A stretch of 64,000 nt of DNA, taken from positions 1,968,513 to 2,032,512 of the forward strand of contig CAVXMV010000005.1 of assembly GCA_963763125.1 (NCBI GenBank), in the 5' to 3' direction. The stretch's first letter is position 1; every line of letters begins with the position of its first letter. The stretch comes from an uncultured Chloroflexia bacterium (GTDB lineage: Bacteria > Chloroflexota > Chloroflexia > Thermomicrobiales > UBA6265). Under the pieces are notes generated by a model. The model did no database searches, was not told where the DNA came from, and saw nothing but the letters and a program-made list of their open reading frames with translations. Made by a program: the position numbers and the translations under genes. Of this stretch, positions 9,191-24,061 are shown one piece after another.

Positions 9191-10057
9191 TCAAGTGAAC
9201 AGAGCCGCCGTCCAGCCGATGCCGAGCGTCGCCGCACCAATCGCAATGCAGGGGAAACAGGCCATCTCTCCTGACCGCGCATTTCTTGCCCAAATCAATG
9301 CATTCAGGCCGACCAGACTGCCGGCGACGATTGCCGCGATCCAGACATACCCGGCGTGACTGGTCAACCAGGGAGCAAGCGCAGCGGCCAATAACGCGGC
9401 CAGGATCATCGCACTCCAGCAGGTACGACGCGCATTGTCCTCCCCGAGCATCACTGCCAGCGTCCGGACCTGGGCAGATCGATCGGCATCGACATCCGGC
9501 AACGATTGCGCGAGCTGGACGGCAATCACCGCCGCCGCCCCAATCGGGTAGATCGCGAAGAGACCGGGTTCTACCGAACTCAGGGCGATCCAGACCCAGA
9601 TCGGCAGGAGCGGCAAGGCGACCAGGTATGGTATCCATGACCAGATCGTCCGCTTGAACCACAGACTGTAGGCAATGCCGACCCCGGTGCCGAGGGCGCA
9701 AACGAGGAACACCGTGACGTTGAATTGCAAGCTGAATATCGTCATCAGGATCAGGCCGAGGATCGCCACGGCCCATGCGCCATCCCTTGATACCAGACCA
9801 GCCGGAATCGGCTTGTCCGGCTTCGACACCGCATCCAGATCGGCATCGACAAGCTCGTTGATCGCGCCGATCGCGAGTTGTCCACCAAACATCGCACCCA
9901 GCAGCCAGGTCATCGGCCCGAGTCCCGGCCAGCCACCCGCCGCGATGAGGGCAAATGCAGCCGTCGCGATCATCACCACGATGATGGGCACGGCGTGCGG
10001 CAACACAAGGTAGCCTCGCAGCACATCGCGACGGGAAGGACGTGGGGAGTGCGTCAT
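9191..10057 (-). CDS. UbiA family prenyltransferase
   Basis: NELVDADLDAVSKPDKPIPAG and LPDVDADR aspartate-rich motifs; multiple TM segments. Confidence 0.88.
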   Translation of the reverse strand: MTHSPRPSRRDVLRGYLVLPHAVPIIVVMIATAAFALIAAGGWPGLGPMTWLLGAMFGGQLAIGAINELVDADLDAVSKPDKPIPAGLVSRDGAWAVAILGLILMTIFSLQFNVTVFLVCALGTGVGIAYSLWFKRTIWSWIPYLVALPLLPIWVWIALSSVEPGLFAIYPIGAAAVIAVQLAQSLPDVDADRSAQVRTLAVMLGEDNARRTCWSAMILAALLAAALAPWLTSHAGYVWIAAIVAGSLVGLNALIWARNARSGEMACFPCIAIGAATLGIGWTAALFT

Positions 10058-10297
10058 CGACCGATCATGCAGCACCGCGAGAACAGCGTCAATTGGGGGT
10101 TCATCACTCGAACTGGCCGGTCCGGATTTGGCCAATGGTGCGGGCGGACTCGCTTCGCTGCCCACGCTGCGTTCTGGACAAGCGCCAGGTCGCCCCGCTG
10201 GATACGCAACCTTGTCCGACCCTGCAAATTGGTAGGGTTGCGGAGCTTGCTCCGCCCGTGCTCCATGCATCGCTCATGCGCTATCTGCGTTCGACTT

Positions 10298-10909
10298 TCA
10301 CCGCACGTCGCGTAGGGCTGGCAGCCACGGATGGTCGCTATACAGCAGCTCAATATTGGAGGCGAGCCATTCCCGTTTGGCGACAGGGAGATGCGGCAGG
10401 ACGTTGGCAAAGTCGTGTTCGTCCTTCGGGCGTCGGCCCGGCGCGGATTTGTACAGCAGCTGGATTTCCGGCGCCATGATCGGCAGGCCGGAGCGCGAGG
10501 TGGTGATCATGTCGGCCTTCGGTCCGCGAACACGTGCATCCCGCCGGAACACCCACTCCGTATCGGTGAATTCGGACACCATGAACTGAGCTTCGAAGAA
10601 TCCATCAGCGCGTTTGCACCAGATGTCGTGCGCACCATCGGGGAGTGGTTCGCCAGCGCTCCAAGGAGTCAGCTTCCCGTGCGCAGCCACCAGCGTCCAT
10701 TGCGGGAAAGATGCGTGAAGCAACGGGAGGTCGGAACGGGCTACCACCATGTCGACGTCCTCATGCGGCCGCGACTGTTCACCCGTGTAGAGATCGATTG
10801 CCCAGCCTCCGGCAATGCACCAGATGCCTGGATAGTGCGCGAAAAGCGTGCCTACTTCGGCAGGGTCCTCAATCGGACGCCACAGATGGTCCCAGGATTC
10901 AGGCTCCAC
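10298..10909 (-). CDS. Nucleotidyltransferase (aminoglycoside-2''-adenylyltransferase-like family)
   Basis: WCIAGGWAID, RPHEDVD, APEIQLLYKS, RPKDEHDF. Confidence 0.8.
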   Translation of the reverse strand: MEPESWDHLWRPIEDPAEVGTLFAHYPGIWCIAGGWAIDLYTGEQSRPHEDVDMVVARSDLPLLHASFPQWTLVAAHGKLTPWSAGEPLPDGAHDIWCKRADGFFEAQFMVSEFTDTEWVFRRDARVRGPKADMITTSRSGLPIMAPEIQLLYKSAPGRRPKDEHDFANVLPHLPVAKREWLASNIELLYSDHPWLPALRDVR

Positions 10910-11082
10910 AGTGCTTCACCCCTAACAGGCAATCCTGTGTCACGGCATACAAGAAGGTCGCTTCATCTGTCATGAAGTTGCCCGCAACTCCGATTTTCAT
11001 CACCAGTTCCCAGTCTACCTGACCCAGTACATAGGGCGCCCTGGCGACAGGTGGAACTACTCCCACCTCTCCGCAGGCTGGC

Positions 11083-11829
11083 TCATGAGATCGCGACCTC
11101 CAGGTCCTTGTCAAAGGCCAGGGTGGGCGCGATGTCCGCCAGAACCCTCGCCTTCATGTCCAGGATGTGATTTTCCAGCGCAACCGCCGCTTCCTCATTC
11201 TTGCCAGCGATCAGGAGATCGATGACCTGTTTGTGTTGCTCGAGCGCGATATCCATCCAGCCCGGAATGTGCGTGCCCGCACGCTGGAACACCGATATCT
11301 GTGCCCACAATCCATTGACGATATTGATCAGACGCTGATTCTGGGAGCCCTCGATCAACCATTGATGAAACCCCTGGTCGACGGCGAGGAAGGCGGCCGC
11401 CGCGTCGTGGCGCGCGTCACTGGTGTCGGCTTCCTGAATGAGTACCTCCAGTCGATCCAGTTCACTGCGGGCCCAGCGATATTCCTCAGGCTCCATTTTC
11501 GCCGCCACCGTTCTCAGGGCCAGCGCCTCCAGCACGGCCCGCAGATCGAAGATTTCGGCAATGTCGGCAGCCGAAAACGAGGCGACGAAGAAACCCCGAT
11601 TGGGGGAGTAAATCACCACACCGTCCTGAACCAGTCGATGCAGTGCTTCCCTCACGGGTGTTCGGCTGACCCCGAGTTCCTCGCTCAGGCGAAGGTCGGA
11701 GAGCTTTTCGCTCGGTTGCAGGTCGCGCGACAGTATGCGATCCCACATGATGCTGTACACATCGGAGCCGAGATTTCTCCGCACGATCTGCGACGACGGT
11801 CGACCCTTTTCGGTTGGGTCCTGGCTCAT
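11083..11829 (-). CDS. GntR family transcriptional regulator (FCD domain)
   Basis: LGVSRTPVREAL HTH; DQGFH, EQH, NHI FCD motifs. Confidence 0.9.
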   Translation of the reverse strand: MSQDPTEKGRPSSQIVRRNLGSDVYSIMWDRILSRDLQPSEKLSDLRLSEELGVSRTPVREALHRLVQDGVVIYSPNRGFFVASFSAADIAEIFDLRAVLEALALRTVAAKMEPEEYRWARSELDRLEVLIQEADTSDARHDAAAAFLAVDQGFHQWLIEGSQNQRLINIVNGLWAQISVFQRAGTHIPGWMDIALEQHKQVIDLLIAGKNEEAAVALENHILDMKARVLADIAPTLAFDKDLEVAIS

Positions 11830-12320
11830 GCCCTGGCTCCTCGCTTCGAGTTCCTCGATGCCACACAACGCGACCCTGGGCGATCGACAACGCCACCGGC
11901 AAAGGCAACCGGAATTACCCAGGCAGATCGCACGGCTATCTGAACGATTGCGTATCTGTATACAATAAACGGTCCAGCTGCGCTATGACCAAATGAAGCG
12001 TGATCGCATGAAATGCGGCTTCCCTGTGCCGTTTCGACCGGACCCCTGAGACGGTCAAGGGAGCCGGAGCTGCCCTGCTGGATGCGCCGCTCTTGCCGCG
12101 ACCGGGTGATACGATGAAGTTCCAGCGGAATGAATGCGTTTTCTCCACTTCGCTCCATTCCGGTCGAATTGACAAATCGGGCCGAATTGGACGTGACGAA
12201 AGCCGACGCGTGGACTGCCGCGATTCGCCGTGGTGTGGCATGCTCAGCGGCAGCAACCATTCATGGTCAGTTGGTGGAATGCAGCATCGCCGTCGTTGAA
12301 GCAATGAGGGGAACCGGAGC

Positions 12321-13496
12321 ATGTCAGTTCGTTTCGCGGAGAGAATGAGCCGCCTCGGCACGGAAACCGCCTTCGATGTCCTCGTGCGCGCCCGCGCGCT
12401 TGAGGCCCAGGGCAAGGATGTTATTCACCTCGAGGTGGGCGAACCCGATTTCGACACGCCGTCGAATGTGATCGGGGCCGGTGTCGAGGCGTTGCAGTCC
12501 GGTTGGACCCATTACGGTCCGACCGCTGGAGACGCCGAGCTTCGGCAGGCGATCACGACCTACATCAACGGCTCGCGGAACCTGAACTACACACCGGATC
12601 AGGTCGTGGTCACGCCGGGTGGCAAGCCGGTCATGTTTTTCCTGATCCTGGCGCTGCTCCAGGCTGGCGATGAGGCGATCTTCCCCGACCCCGGTTTCCC
12701 GATCTACAAGTCAATGATCGATTTCACCGGGGCGACGGCCGTCCCGATCCCACTCCGCGAGGAAAACGGATTTGGTCTCGACGTCGATGAACTCGAAAGC
12801 TTGATCAACGACAAGACCCGGCTCCTGATCATCAACAGCCCGGCGAACCCGACCGGTGGCGTTCTTAGCAAGGAACAACTCGAACGGATTGCGCAGTTGG
12901 CGGTCGAGCATGACCTGATCGTGATGGCCGACGAGATCTATGCCGAGTTGATCTACGATGGTGAACACACCTCGATCGCGACATTTCCCGGCATGGCGGA
13001 GCGGACCGTGATTCTCGACGGGTTCTCGAAGACCTACGCGATGACGGGTTGGCGGCTAGGCTACGGCATTTTCCCGAAGGAGCTCGTTCCGGCGATTACC
13101 CGGCTGGCGGTCAACAGCATCTCCTGCACATCGGTCGCCGTCCAGCGCGCCGGGCTCGAAGCGCTCACCGGCCCGCAGGATCGCGTGGCCGAGTTCCGCG
13201 AAGCGTTCCGTTCGCGGCGGGACTTGATCGTGACCGGACTCAACGACATCGAAGGCATTTCCTGCGTGATGCCGAAGGGCGCCTTCTACGCCTTCCCGAA
13301 CGTCACGGCAACCGGGCTCTCCAGCAAGGAGTTTGCCGACCGCCTGCTTGAGGAGTACGGCGTGGCCGGGATCGCCGGCACCTCGTTCGGTGATGCCGGT
13401 GAGGGGTATATCCGGTTGTCGTACGCAAATTCGGAGGCGAATCTGTCGCGGGCGATTGAGCGCGTCGCCGCGATGACGACGGACGTGCTCGGATAA
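12321..13496 (+). CDS. Class I/II PLP aminotransferase (aspartate aminotransferase family)
   Basis: GEPDF, NSPANPTG, DEIY, FSKTYAMTGWRLG, GYIRLSYA. Confidence 0.92.
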   Translation: MSVRFAERMSRLGTETAFDVLVRARALEAQGKDVIHLEVGEPDFDTPSNVIGAGVEALQSGWTHYGPTAGDAELRQAITTYINGSRNLNYTPDQVVVTPGGKPVMFFLILALLQAGDEAIFPDPGFPIYKSMIDFTGATAVPIPLREENGFGLDVDELESLINDKTRLLIINSPANPTGGVLSKEQLERIAQLAVEHDLIVMADEIYAELIYDGEHTSIATFPGMAERTVILDGFSKTYAMTGWRLGYGIFPKELVPAITRLAVNSISCTSVAVQRAGLEALTGPQDRVAEFREAFRSRRDLIVTGLNDIEGISCVMPKGAFYAFPNVTATGLSSKEFADRLLEEYGVAGIAGTSFGDAGEGYIRLSYANSEANLSRAIERVAAMTTDVLG

Positions 13497-13511
13497 TTCA
13501 CAGCGAATCAT

Positions 13512-13809
13512 GTAGGGGAACCCTTGGCTGGCTCGCTGGGTAGCGTCGCGAATTCACCCCCTCTCGGTCCCACCGGAAAATCGCCCTGTGCGCTCCAAGA
13601 ACGAACCCGGGTAGGGCTGCGAACCTTGTGTCCGCCCGTGCTCAGGAGAGGGATGCAACCTTAAAGCAAAAATGAATGCAAAGATTTCTATCTCTTTGGG
13701 CTGCTGCGGCAGGAGATACCGCTGCGCTGCCTCAGGTCGCTGCGCTCTCGGCGGAATGACATTTGACGGACTGTGCCGGAGAGGGCGGAGCAAGCTCCGC
13801 AGCCCTACC
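13512..13809. repeat. BIME-like cluster of REP palindromes between convergent genes
   Basis: GTAGGGCTGCGAACCTTGTGTCCGCCC (13611) and inverted GGGCGGAGCAAGCTCCGCAGCCCTAC (13783-13808), plus a ...CGGAATGAC element. Confidence 0.65.
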
Positions 13810-13931
13810 CAATTCAGATGGGGAAGCGGAGTCGACTGGGTCGCCCGCTGGACGCAACACTACACCAGTCGGTGAAACATCAACGCCGCCCCATCAAGAG
13901 GAACAGGTTGGCAACCCTGCGCCGGAACCCG

Positions 13932-15059
13932 TCATTCCTTCATCACGACCGCGTAGGGAATGCTGATCCTGGGTGTTCGGTTCGGGTTCGCGATTTGACC
14001 GGTGAGCAGGTCCACCGCCGTTTTGCCAATGAGTGTTTCATCCTGATGCACATGCGTGAACCGCGCTGGATCGAACAGCGTATCCGCGGCATCGAAGCAC
14101 GTGATGTTGGAGACAAGATCAGCGCGGCCACGCTCGATCAAAACCTGCTCGATGATCACGGCGAGCGGGTATTCGCAGGCCACGAATGCAGTGACGTCGG
14201 GATTGACGTCGAGATAGGCGTTCACTCGTTGGCGATCGGCGGCAATCGATTCCGGCAGGATCTCGTCTGGCAACGTGCAGAACAGGTTCATGCAGAGATT
14301 GGTCCGGTCGTACGGCAAGCCGGCTTCTCGCAATGCCGATCCGAATCCGCGCCGTCGATCCTCGATGCTCGATGTTCGCTCCGGGGGCAGCGAGAAGAAG
14401 CCGATTCGGCGATGCCCACGTTCGATCAGCAATTTGGTTAACGTCCGGCATGCCTCGTAATTGTCGGTGCCGACCGAATTGACGGCGATCCCCTTAAGGT
14501 AGCGATCGACGAGCACGACCGGATAGCCATCGAGGACGACCCGCAGCAGGGCGTCGTTGTAGAACTCGCCATGAATCGGGAACACGATCAATCCTCGCAC
14601 CCCGAGTTCGACGAGCCGCGAGATCGCGCTGTCTTCCACTTCGCGCTTGCCATAGGTACGTTTGAGGACGAGGCTATAGCCGAGTTCCGAGCAGCGTTCC
14701 TCGACAGCAGCCAGCATCCGGGTCCCGAACACGTCGGACATGTTTGGCAGGACGAATCCGAGCGTCGGCACCGTCAGGTTCTTGCGGGCGGTCAACTGGT
14801 GGGCGGCGTTCCCATTCGGACTTGCGGTTGGCGTAACGATACCGCCGTGACCATCCGCCACGAATGAACCCTTGCCCCGGAACCGAACGATCAGGCCGTC
14901 CTGCTCCAGGGTTTCGAGTGCCTTCTTGGAGGTGATGCGACTCACATTGAACTGTTCGGCCAGCGCAAGCTCTGACGGGATGCGATCGCCCGGACCGAAT
15001 CGCCCAGAGCGGATCTCGTCGAGCAGGTAGGCTCGCAAGCGTTCGTAGAGGAGCGGCAT
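13932..15059 (-). CDS. AraR-type regulator (GntR HTH + LacI-type sugar-binding domain)
   Basis: IPSELALAEQFNVSRIT, GKGSFV; periplasmic-binding-fold C-terminus. Confidence 0.9.
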   Translation of the reverse strand: MPLLYERLRAYLLDEIRSGRFGPGDRIPSELALAEQFNVSRITSKKALETLEQDGLIVRFRGKGSFVADGHGGIVTPTASPNGNAAHQLTARKNLTVPTLGFVLPNMSDVFGTRMLAAVEERCSELGYSLVLKRTYGKREVEDSAISRLVELGVRGLIVFPIHGEFYNDALLRVVLDGYPVVLVDRYLKGIAVNSVGTDNYEACRTLTKLLIERGHRRIGFFSLPPERTSSIEDRRRGFGSALREAGLPYDRTNLCMNLFCTLPDEILPESIAADRQRVNAYLDVNPDVTAFVACEYPLAVIIEQVLIERGRADLVSNITCFDAADTLFDPARFTHVHQDETLIGKTAVDLLTGQIANPNRTPRISIPYAVVMKE

Positions 15060-15087
15060 GGGTCATCCTTGGACAAATATTTAGTAT

Positions 15088-15105
15088 TGATATGGCAGCA
15101 TATCA
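15088..15105. promoter_or_regulatory. Palindromic operator TGATATG-N4-CATATCA upstream of the AraR-type gene
   Basis: Perfect 7-bp inverted repeat about 30 bp before the start; autoregulation inferred. Confidence 0.5.
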
Positions 15106-15152
15106 GATTTTTGGCAAAAGCGGATGATTCATGCCGGTTGGGGCTAATGGGG

Positions 15153-16829
15153 CTAAGCAGAGAGTGCCAGTCGGACGTGCAGAGCCAGATGCAGCCGGAG
15201 GCGGACATCTGAGGCGTTCAGATCGAGACCAGTGATTTCGGCGATCCGCTCCAGTCGATAGAGGACGGTATTGCGGTGAACGTGCAGCATTGTGGCTGCT
15301 TCCTTGGGGCTGCAATTCGCGGCGAAGAATGCCTCCAGCGTTTTGATCAGTCCGGCGCCGTGACCGCGATCGTATTCGATCAGTACACCCAGCGCCTCCT
15401 CCTGGAAGGTGGCAAGTTCTGGCAGGTTCTCGGCGGCGTAGATCAGGCGGTAGACACCCAGCTTCTCGAAATAGGTCACACTTCCCGTACCGTGCAGGCG
15501 GCGCCCAATCGTGAGTGCCTGGCGCGCGTTCTGGTGCGAGTGGCGGATCCCATCCAGCCCGGATCGAATCCGGCCAACACCGATCGAGACGACTTCCGAC
15601 GAGCCATTGGCGGACAGCGCATTGTTCAGGTCGTCGTGGACTTCCTTGATGATCGCTTCCAGTTCGGATTCGTCCGCTACCGGCCACACAATTTCGGCGC
15701 TGGTGTTCCGCACACGCCACAGGATACGGGCATGGCGAGTCCGCGCCGCGCGATGGAGACCCTCTTCGAGGGCGGACCAGCGTCCGTCGCGCGCGCGGGC
15801 CGGAGTGCCCGCAGTTGGATCGACACGGGCGATGATCGTGCAATATGACCTGGTCAGGTCGTGACCGAGTCGCTTGATCTGCTGCAACAGGGAAACTTCG
15901 CTGCGCAGGGCTCCGTCGAGAATCTCGTCGAGCACGTTGATCTCGATTTCGCGTCGAGCACCGGCGGCGGCCTGCTCCCGGGTCAGCGTGACCGCGCACG
16001 CGGCCGCCCCGCGAGAGGCCAGGATACCGTCATCCGCACTCTCCTCGCCGGTGGGAACGAACAGCGAGACGCTCCCGAGCAACCCCTCCCGACCGCTCAC
16101 GGGCGACACGATCCTTAGCCAGGCGCCACGCGTCGGATACATCGTGGAAGGTGGTTCGGCGGAACTCGACGCCGCCACCGTACGTAGCCACCCGAATACC
16201 GCATTCCGGGTCTCGGCCATGAAAGTCTCGACTGTGTCGCTCGCGAGACCGGATTCGCCCGGCTGGAATGTAAGCAACCGGCCATCGCGACCCTCGAAGG
16301 CGACAGCCCGGCCGGAAATCTCGTTGAGTTCACGGGCGAGTTCGGGTAACGGCTCGCCCGCGATCGCCAATTCCATCAACTGGCGACCGGCTTCCTGGCC
16401 ACGGCGCAGGATTTCGCGCCGACGCTCGGAGATGTAGCGGGAGGTGGCCCGTTCCAGCACGCCGAACTCGGCGCTTTCGGGAAGCACGATCAGCGGAATG
16501 CTGGTGTCGTCGGCCGCCTTGCGGGCCCGCGACGACGTGAGTCCGGTCAACGCAATCGCGGCGACCCCGAATGACGCCAGCTGGAGTATTGCATCCTCCA
16601 GGGAAAGCTGATCGTCGAGTAGCTCCAGCACATTGGGCGGGAGCAACACAAGCTCGCCACCGGACAGGTGCTCGAAGGCTGGTGGCGCCGGCCGCAAGCG
16701 CGACGCCCAGGTAACCTCGCGATGGAGACCCGCGCTGCCGGCCACCACCTTGGCGCCGTCGGGTAGGGCCTGGTGCAGCACGTCGAGCACGGAAATCGTG
16801 GCGAGAGAGCGGTCGGCGGAAGAGCTCAC
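15153..16829 (-). CDS. PucR/CdaR family transcriptional regulator
   Basis: N-terminal VAGSAGLHREVTW..GGELVL PucR domain; C-terminal LHVHRNTVLYRL HTH_30. Confidence 0.92.
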   Translation of the reverse strand: MSSSADRSLATISVLDVLHQALPDGAKVVAGSAGLHREVTWASRLRPAPPAFEHLSGGELVLLPPNVLELLDDQLSLEDAILQLASFGVAAIALTGLTSSRARKAADDTSIPLIVLPESAEFGVLERATSRYISERRREILRRGQEAGRQLMELAIAGEPLPELARELNEISGRAVAFEGRDGRLLTFQPGESGLASDTVETFMAETRNAVFGWLRTVAASSSAEPPSTMYPTRGAWLRIVSPVSGREGLLGSVSLFVPTGEESADDGILASRGAAACAVTLTREQAAAGARREIEINVLDEILDGALRSEVSLLQQIKRLGHDLTRSYCTIIARVDPTAGTPARARDGRWSALEEGLHRAARTRHARILWRVRNTSAEIVWPVADESELEAIIKEVHDDLNNALSANGSSEVVSIGVGRIRSGLDGIRHSHQNARQALTIGRRLHGTGSVTYFEKLGVYRLIYAAENLPELATFQEEALGVLIEYDRGHGAGLIKTLEAFFAANCSPKEAATMLHVHRNTVLYRLERIAEITGLDLNASDVRLRLHLALHVRLALSA

Positions 16830-16865
16830 TGGTGCCGGCTCCGGTACACCTGCCGACGTTCGAGA

Positions 16866-18242
16866 TCAAAGGTCGCCATAACGCAAATGCTCCCATGGAC
16901 TCACGTGACGCCTGTAATCGATCCATTCCGCGCGTTTGACGGTGAGCAGTTGGTCGAAGATATAGCTGCCCAGCGATTCCCGGATCACGTCGTCGGCTGC
17001 CAGCGCATCCAGACGCCTCTCCAAGGGTTGTTGGCAAGGGCGTGACCCCAAGGCGATTGAGCTCGTCGTCGTCGTAGGCCACGAGGTTTTCGTCCAACGG
17101 TGCACTCGGCTCTTCGCCATTACGGATGCCGTCAAGCGCGGAGCCGAGCGCCACGGCCATTGCCAGGTAGGGATTGGTCATTGCATCGGGACTGCGCAGT
17201 TCAAGGTCTGCGGCGGTGCCGGCGTGAACGAGGGCACACGGATCAGCGAGGCCTGGCTGACCCGGGCCCACGTTGCATGGCGTGGCGCGCGGTGACCATC
17301 CGCGAGTCGTTTGTAGGAATTTACCGTCGTGCAGAGGATCGGCACTCATACCCTGGGCGTGCGCGAGTTGCCCTCCAATGAAATGACGCGCCATCGTCGA
17401 GATGCCATCGCCGGAGTCGGAGTCGGTAAGCAGATCAAGACCGCCCGGGTACGACATCAGGCGCTGGAAGAGGTGCATCCCCGAACCGGGTGCATCGGGG
17501 AACGGTTTGGCCATGAACGTCACCCGCAATCCGCGACGCTGGGCGACCGAGCGGATCACTTGCCGGGTCGTGATGATCTGGTCGGCCAGCCGAATGCCGC
17601 CCGCGTGAAGGAGATCGAGTTCCTGCTGCCCGGGACCCGTTTCATGGTGGGCGCCACCGACCCCGATGTTCATCGCCTGGAGGGTGGCGATGATTTCGTC
17701 TCGCGTGCCGGAGAGGACATCCTCGCCGACATCGAAATAGCCGGCGCCATCGCATCGCTGGCAAGAGCCGGGAGTCGGTCTGGTTGCTCGCGGGCCAACA
17801 GGTAGAACTCCATCTCGATTCCGACCTGGTAGTCGAATCCCGCGGCGGCTGACTTCTTGAGTTGCGCCTGGAGGGTGGAGCGAGGATCGCCAGCAAACGG
17901 TTGGCCATCGCGGCGAACCACCCAACAGAAGAGTTGGGCGCGGCGGGGCTCATTCTCGCGGGGCGGAATCACTGCCAGCGTGGAGGGATCGGGCGCCAGG
18001 TACAAATCGAGCTCGACTTGGCGAGGCCCCCGGCCATCGCCGCGCCATCGAACCGGTAACCCTGGCGGAAGGTGCGTTCGACCAGATTCGTCGGGAATGG
18101 TGAGCGCTTTCATGCCGCCCGTGATGTCGCTGAACTGGAGATCCACCAGGGCCACGTTGTTCTCGGCGATCCGAGCCAGTGCCTCTTCGATCGCTTCCGG
18201 CTCGGGAATGGTCGGCAAGGCATCGTAGTTGAACCCGGTCAT
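16866..18242 (-). CDS. glnA: Glutamine synthetase type I family protein (several frameshifts)
   Basis: Pieces LQFSDITG, GIEMEFYL, HETGPGQQE, FMAKP..GSGMH, ELRSPD..NPYLA, VSPWEHLRY spread over 3-4 frames. Confidence 0.8.
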
Positions 18243-18297
18243 TCACATGCTCCTGTGCTCGAATGCGGGTTGCCTCATTGACGTGGAACCCGTTTGC

Positions 18298-18713
18298 TTG
18301 TGACATTGTGAACAATATGTGCGAAGAATCCAAATCGAACAATTGAACTGTGGCATGTTCGCCATACCGCCGCTCATCGTGTTTTTGTGCAAATTGAACC
18401 AGAAACGGCGCGGAAAACTCGCGTCGCCACGTTTGGGTTTCGAATACCTGGTTTACAGATCGCCGTCGTGACGGGAGTTTTTCGACGTCTTCCAATTGTG
18501 CATTCCCGAAGCAGTTTGGGCACAACGTCTAAATACGATAGACCCTATTCTTGGCGTTCTGTACCTGTCACTTACCTCACCATCTCCATAGAATTAAGGT
18601 CCCCACAATGGAGTGGATCTTGTTCGTCTTTGGTTGGAACGTTCACGCGCTGTTTGCTGAGCACCCATCCCCCACTACTATTTGACCCCAAACATTGTGC
18701 GATTGTTCACAAT
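18298..18713. promoter_or_regulatory. Divergent glnA/gltB control region with TTGTG-N8-(C/A)ACAA boxes
   Basis: TTGTGACATTGTGAACAA 18298-18315; ATTGTGCGATTGTTCACAAT 18694-18713; half-sites at 18385 and 18496. Confidence 0.55.
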
Positions 18714-18838
18714 TTCCCCGATTCCGCCTGGCGGCAATCGATCCTCAATAGTTCGTAACCGGGTGTCAACGCCCATCGCGTCAGGTCATGCGGAAACCTG
18801 TATTGACCTCGATCACTCAATTATATGAAGGAACGCCA

Positions 18839-23382
<4,544 letters not shown>

Positions 23383-23402
23383 CACGATTTTCCCGCAGAG
23401 AC

Positions 23403-23440
23403 GCAAAGCGACCGGTGACGATTGTCACCGGTCGCTTTGC
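23403..23440 (+). terminator. Strong hairpin after gltB
   Basis: GCAAAGCGACCGGTGAC-GATT-GTCACCGGTCGCTTTGC. Confidence 0.7.
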
Positions 23441-23578
23441 GTCACGTTGCCGTGGTAACCAACTCCCATTCCCGTCGGCGACCGTCAGTTCGGCGCTACC
23501 CGCCCCTTCTTTATGGGTTGGCCGAGGAATCCAGCAGTGTCTCCTTGGAGAACTGGGTAATCGGACGACCAACAAACG

Positions 23579-24061
23579 TTACGTTGGATCAAGCACCTGG
23601 TCCGGGAAGGGAATGCGGCCCGTTAGCTTGTTCGAGATGTACAAGATGACGATATCCGAAAACCGAACACTCCCATCGCCCGACACAGCCAAGGTAAGTT
23701 CATTGTCGGCAGGCTTTAGCGCCCCTGCGGGTATGATTTCGTGCCAGGTGTATGGGCCCTTATCTGAGAAAGTGTGCTGGGTCAGGCTGGTTGAGTTTAG
23801 CCGCACCGAGAATGACGGAGATCCAGTATGGGTCGTCCGGAAAAATATCACCGGGAGAGACCCGTTGGTGAGGCCGGGCGCCTGAATATCCTGAATGTGT
23901 CGATCACTGATTGGCAGCGGGGCAATTGGATCAGGAACCGTGAATCCAGTTCCAGATCCAGCCACAGTGATGTATCGTGCGACCTGCGTCTCTTCGAAGA
24001 GACTACCGATATGGGCGAATAATTTCCCAACCCGGCTGGCAATTGATTGCAGGATGGACAT
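23579..24061 (-). CDS. Hypothetical beta-rich protein, lower-GC insertion
   Basis: 160-aa ORF with GAGGG RBS; visibly AT-richer codons than its neighbours. Confidence 0.7.
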   Translation of the reverse strand: MSILQSIASRVGKLFAHIGSLFEETQVARYITVAGSGTGFTVPDPIAPLPISDRHIQDIQAPGLTNGSLPVIFFRTTHTGSPSFSVRLNSTSLTQHTFSDKGPYTWHEIIPAGALKPADNELTLAVSGDGSVRFSDIVILYISNKLTGRIPFPDQVLDPT

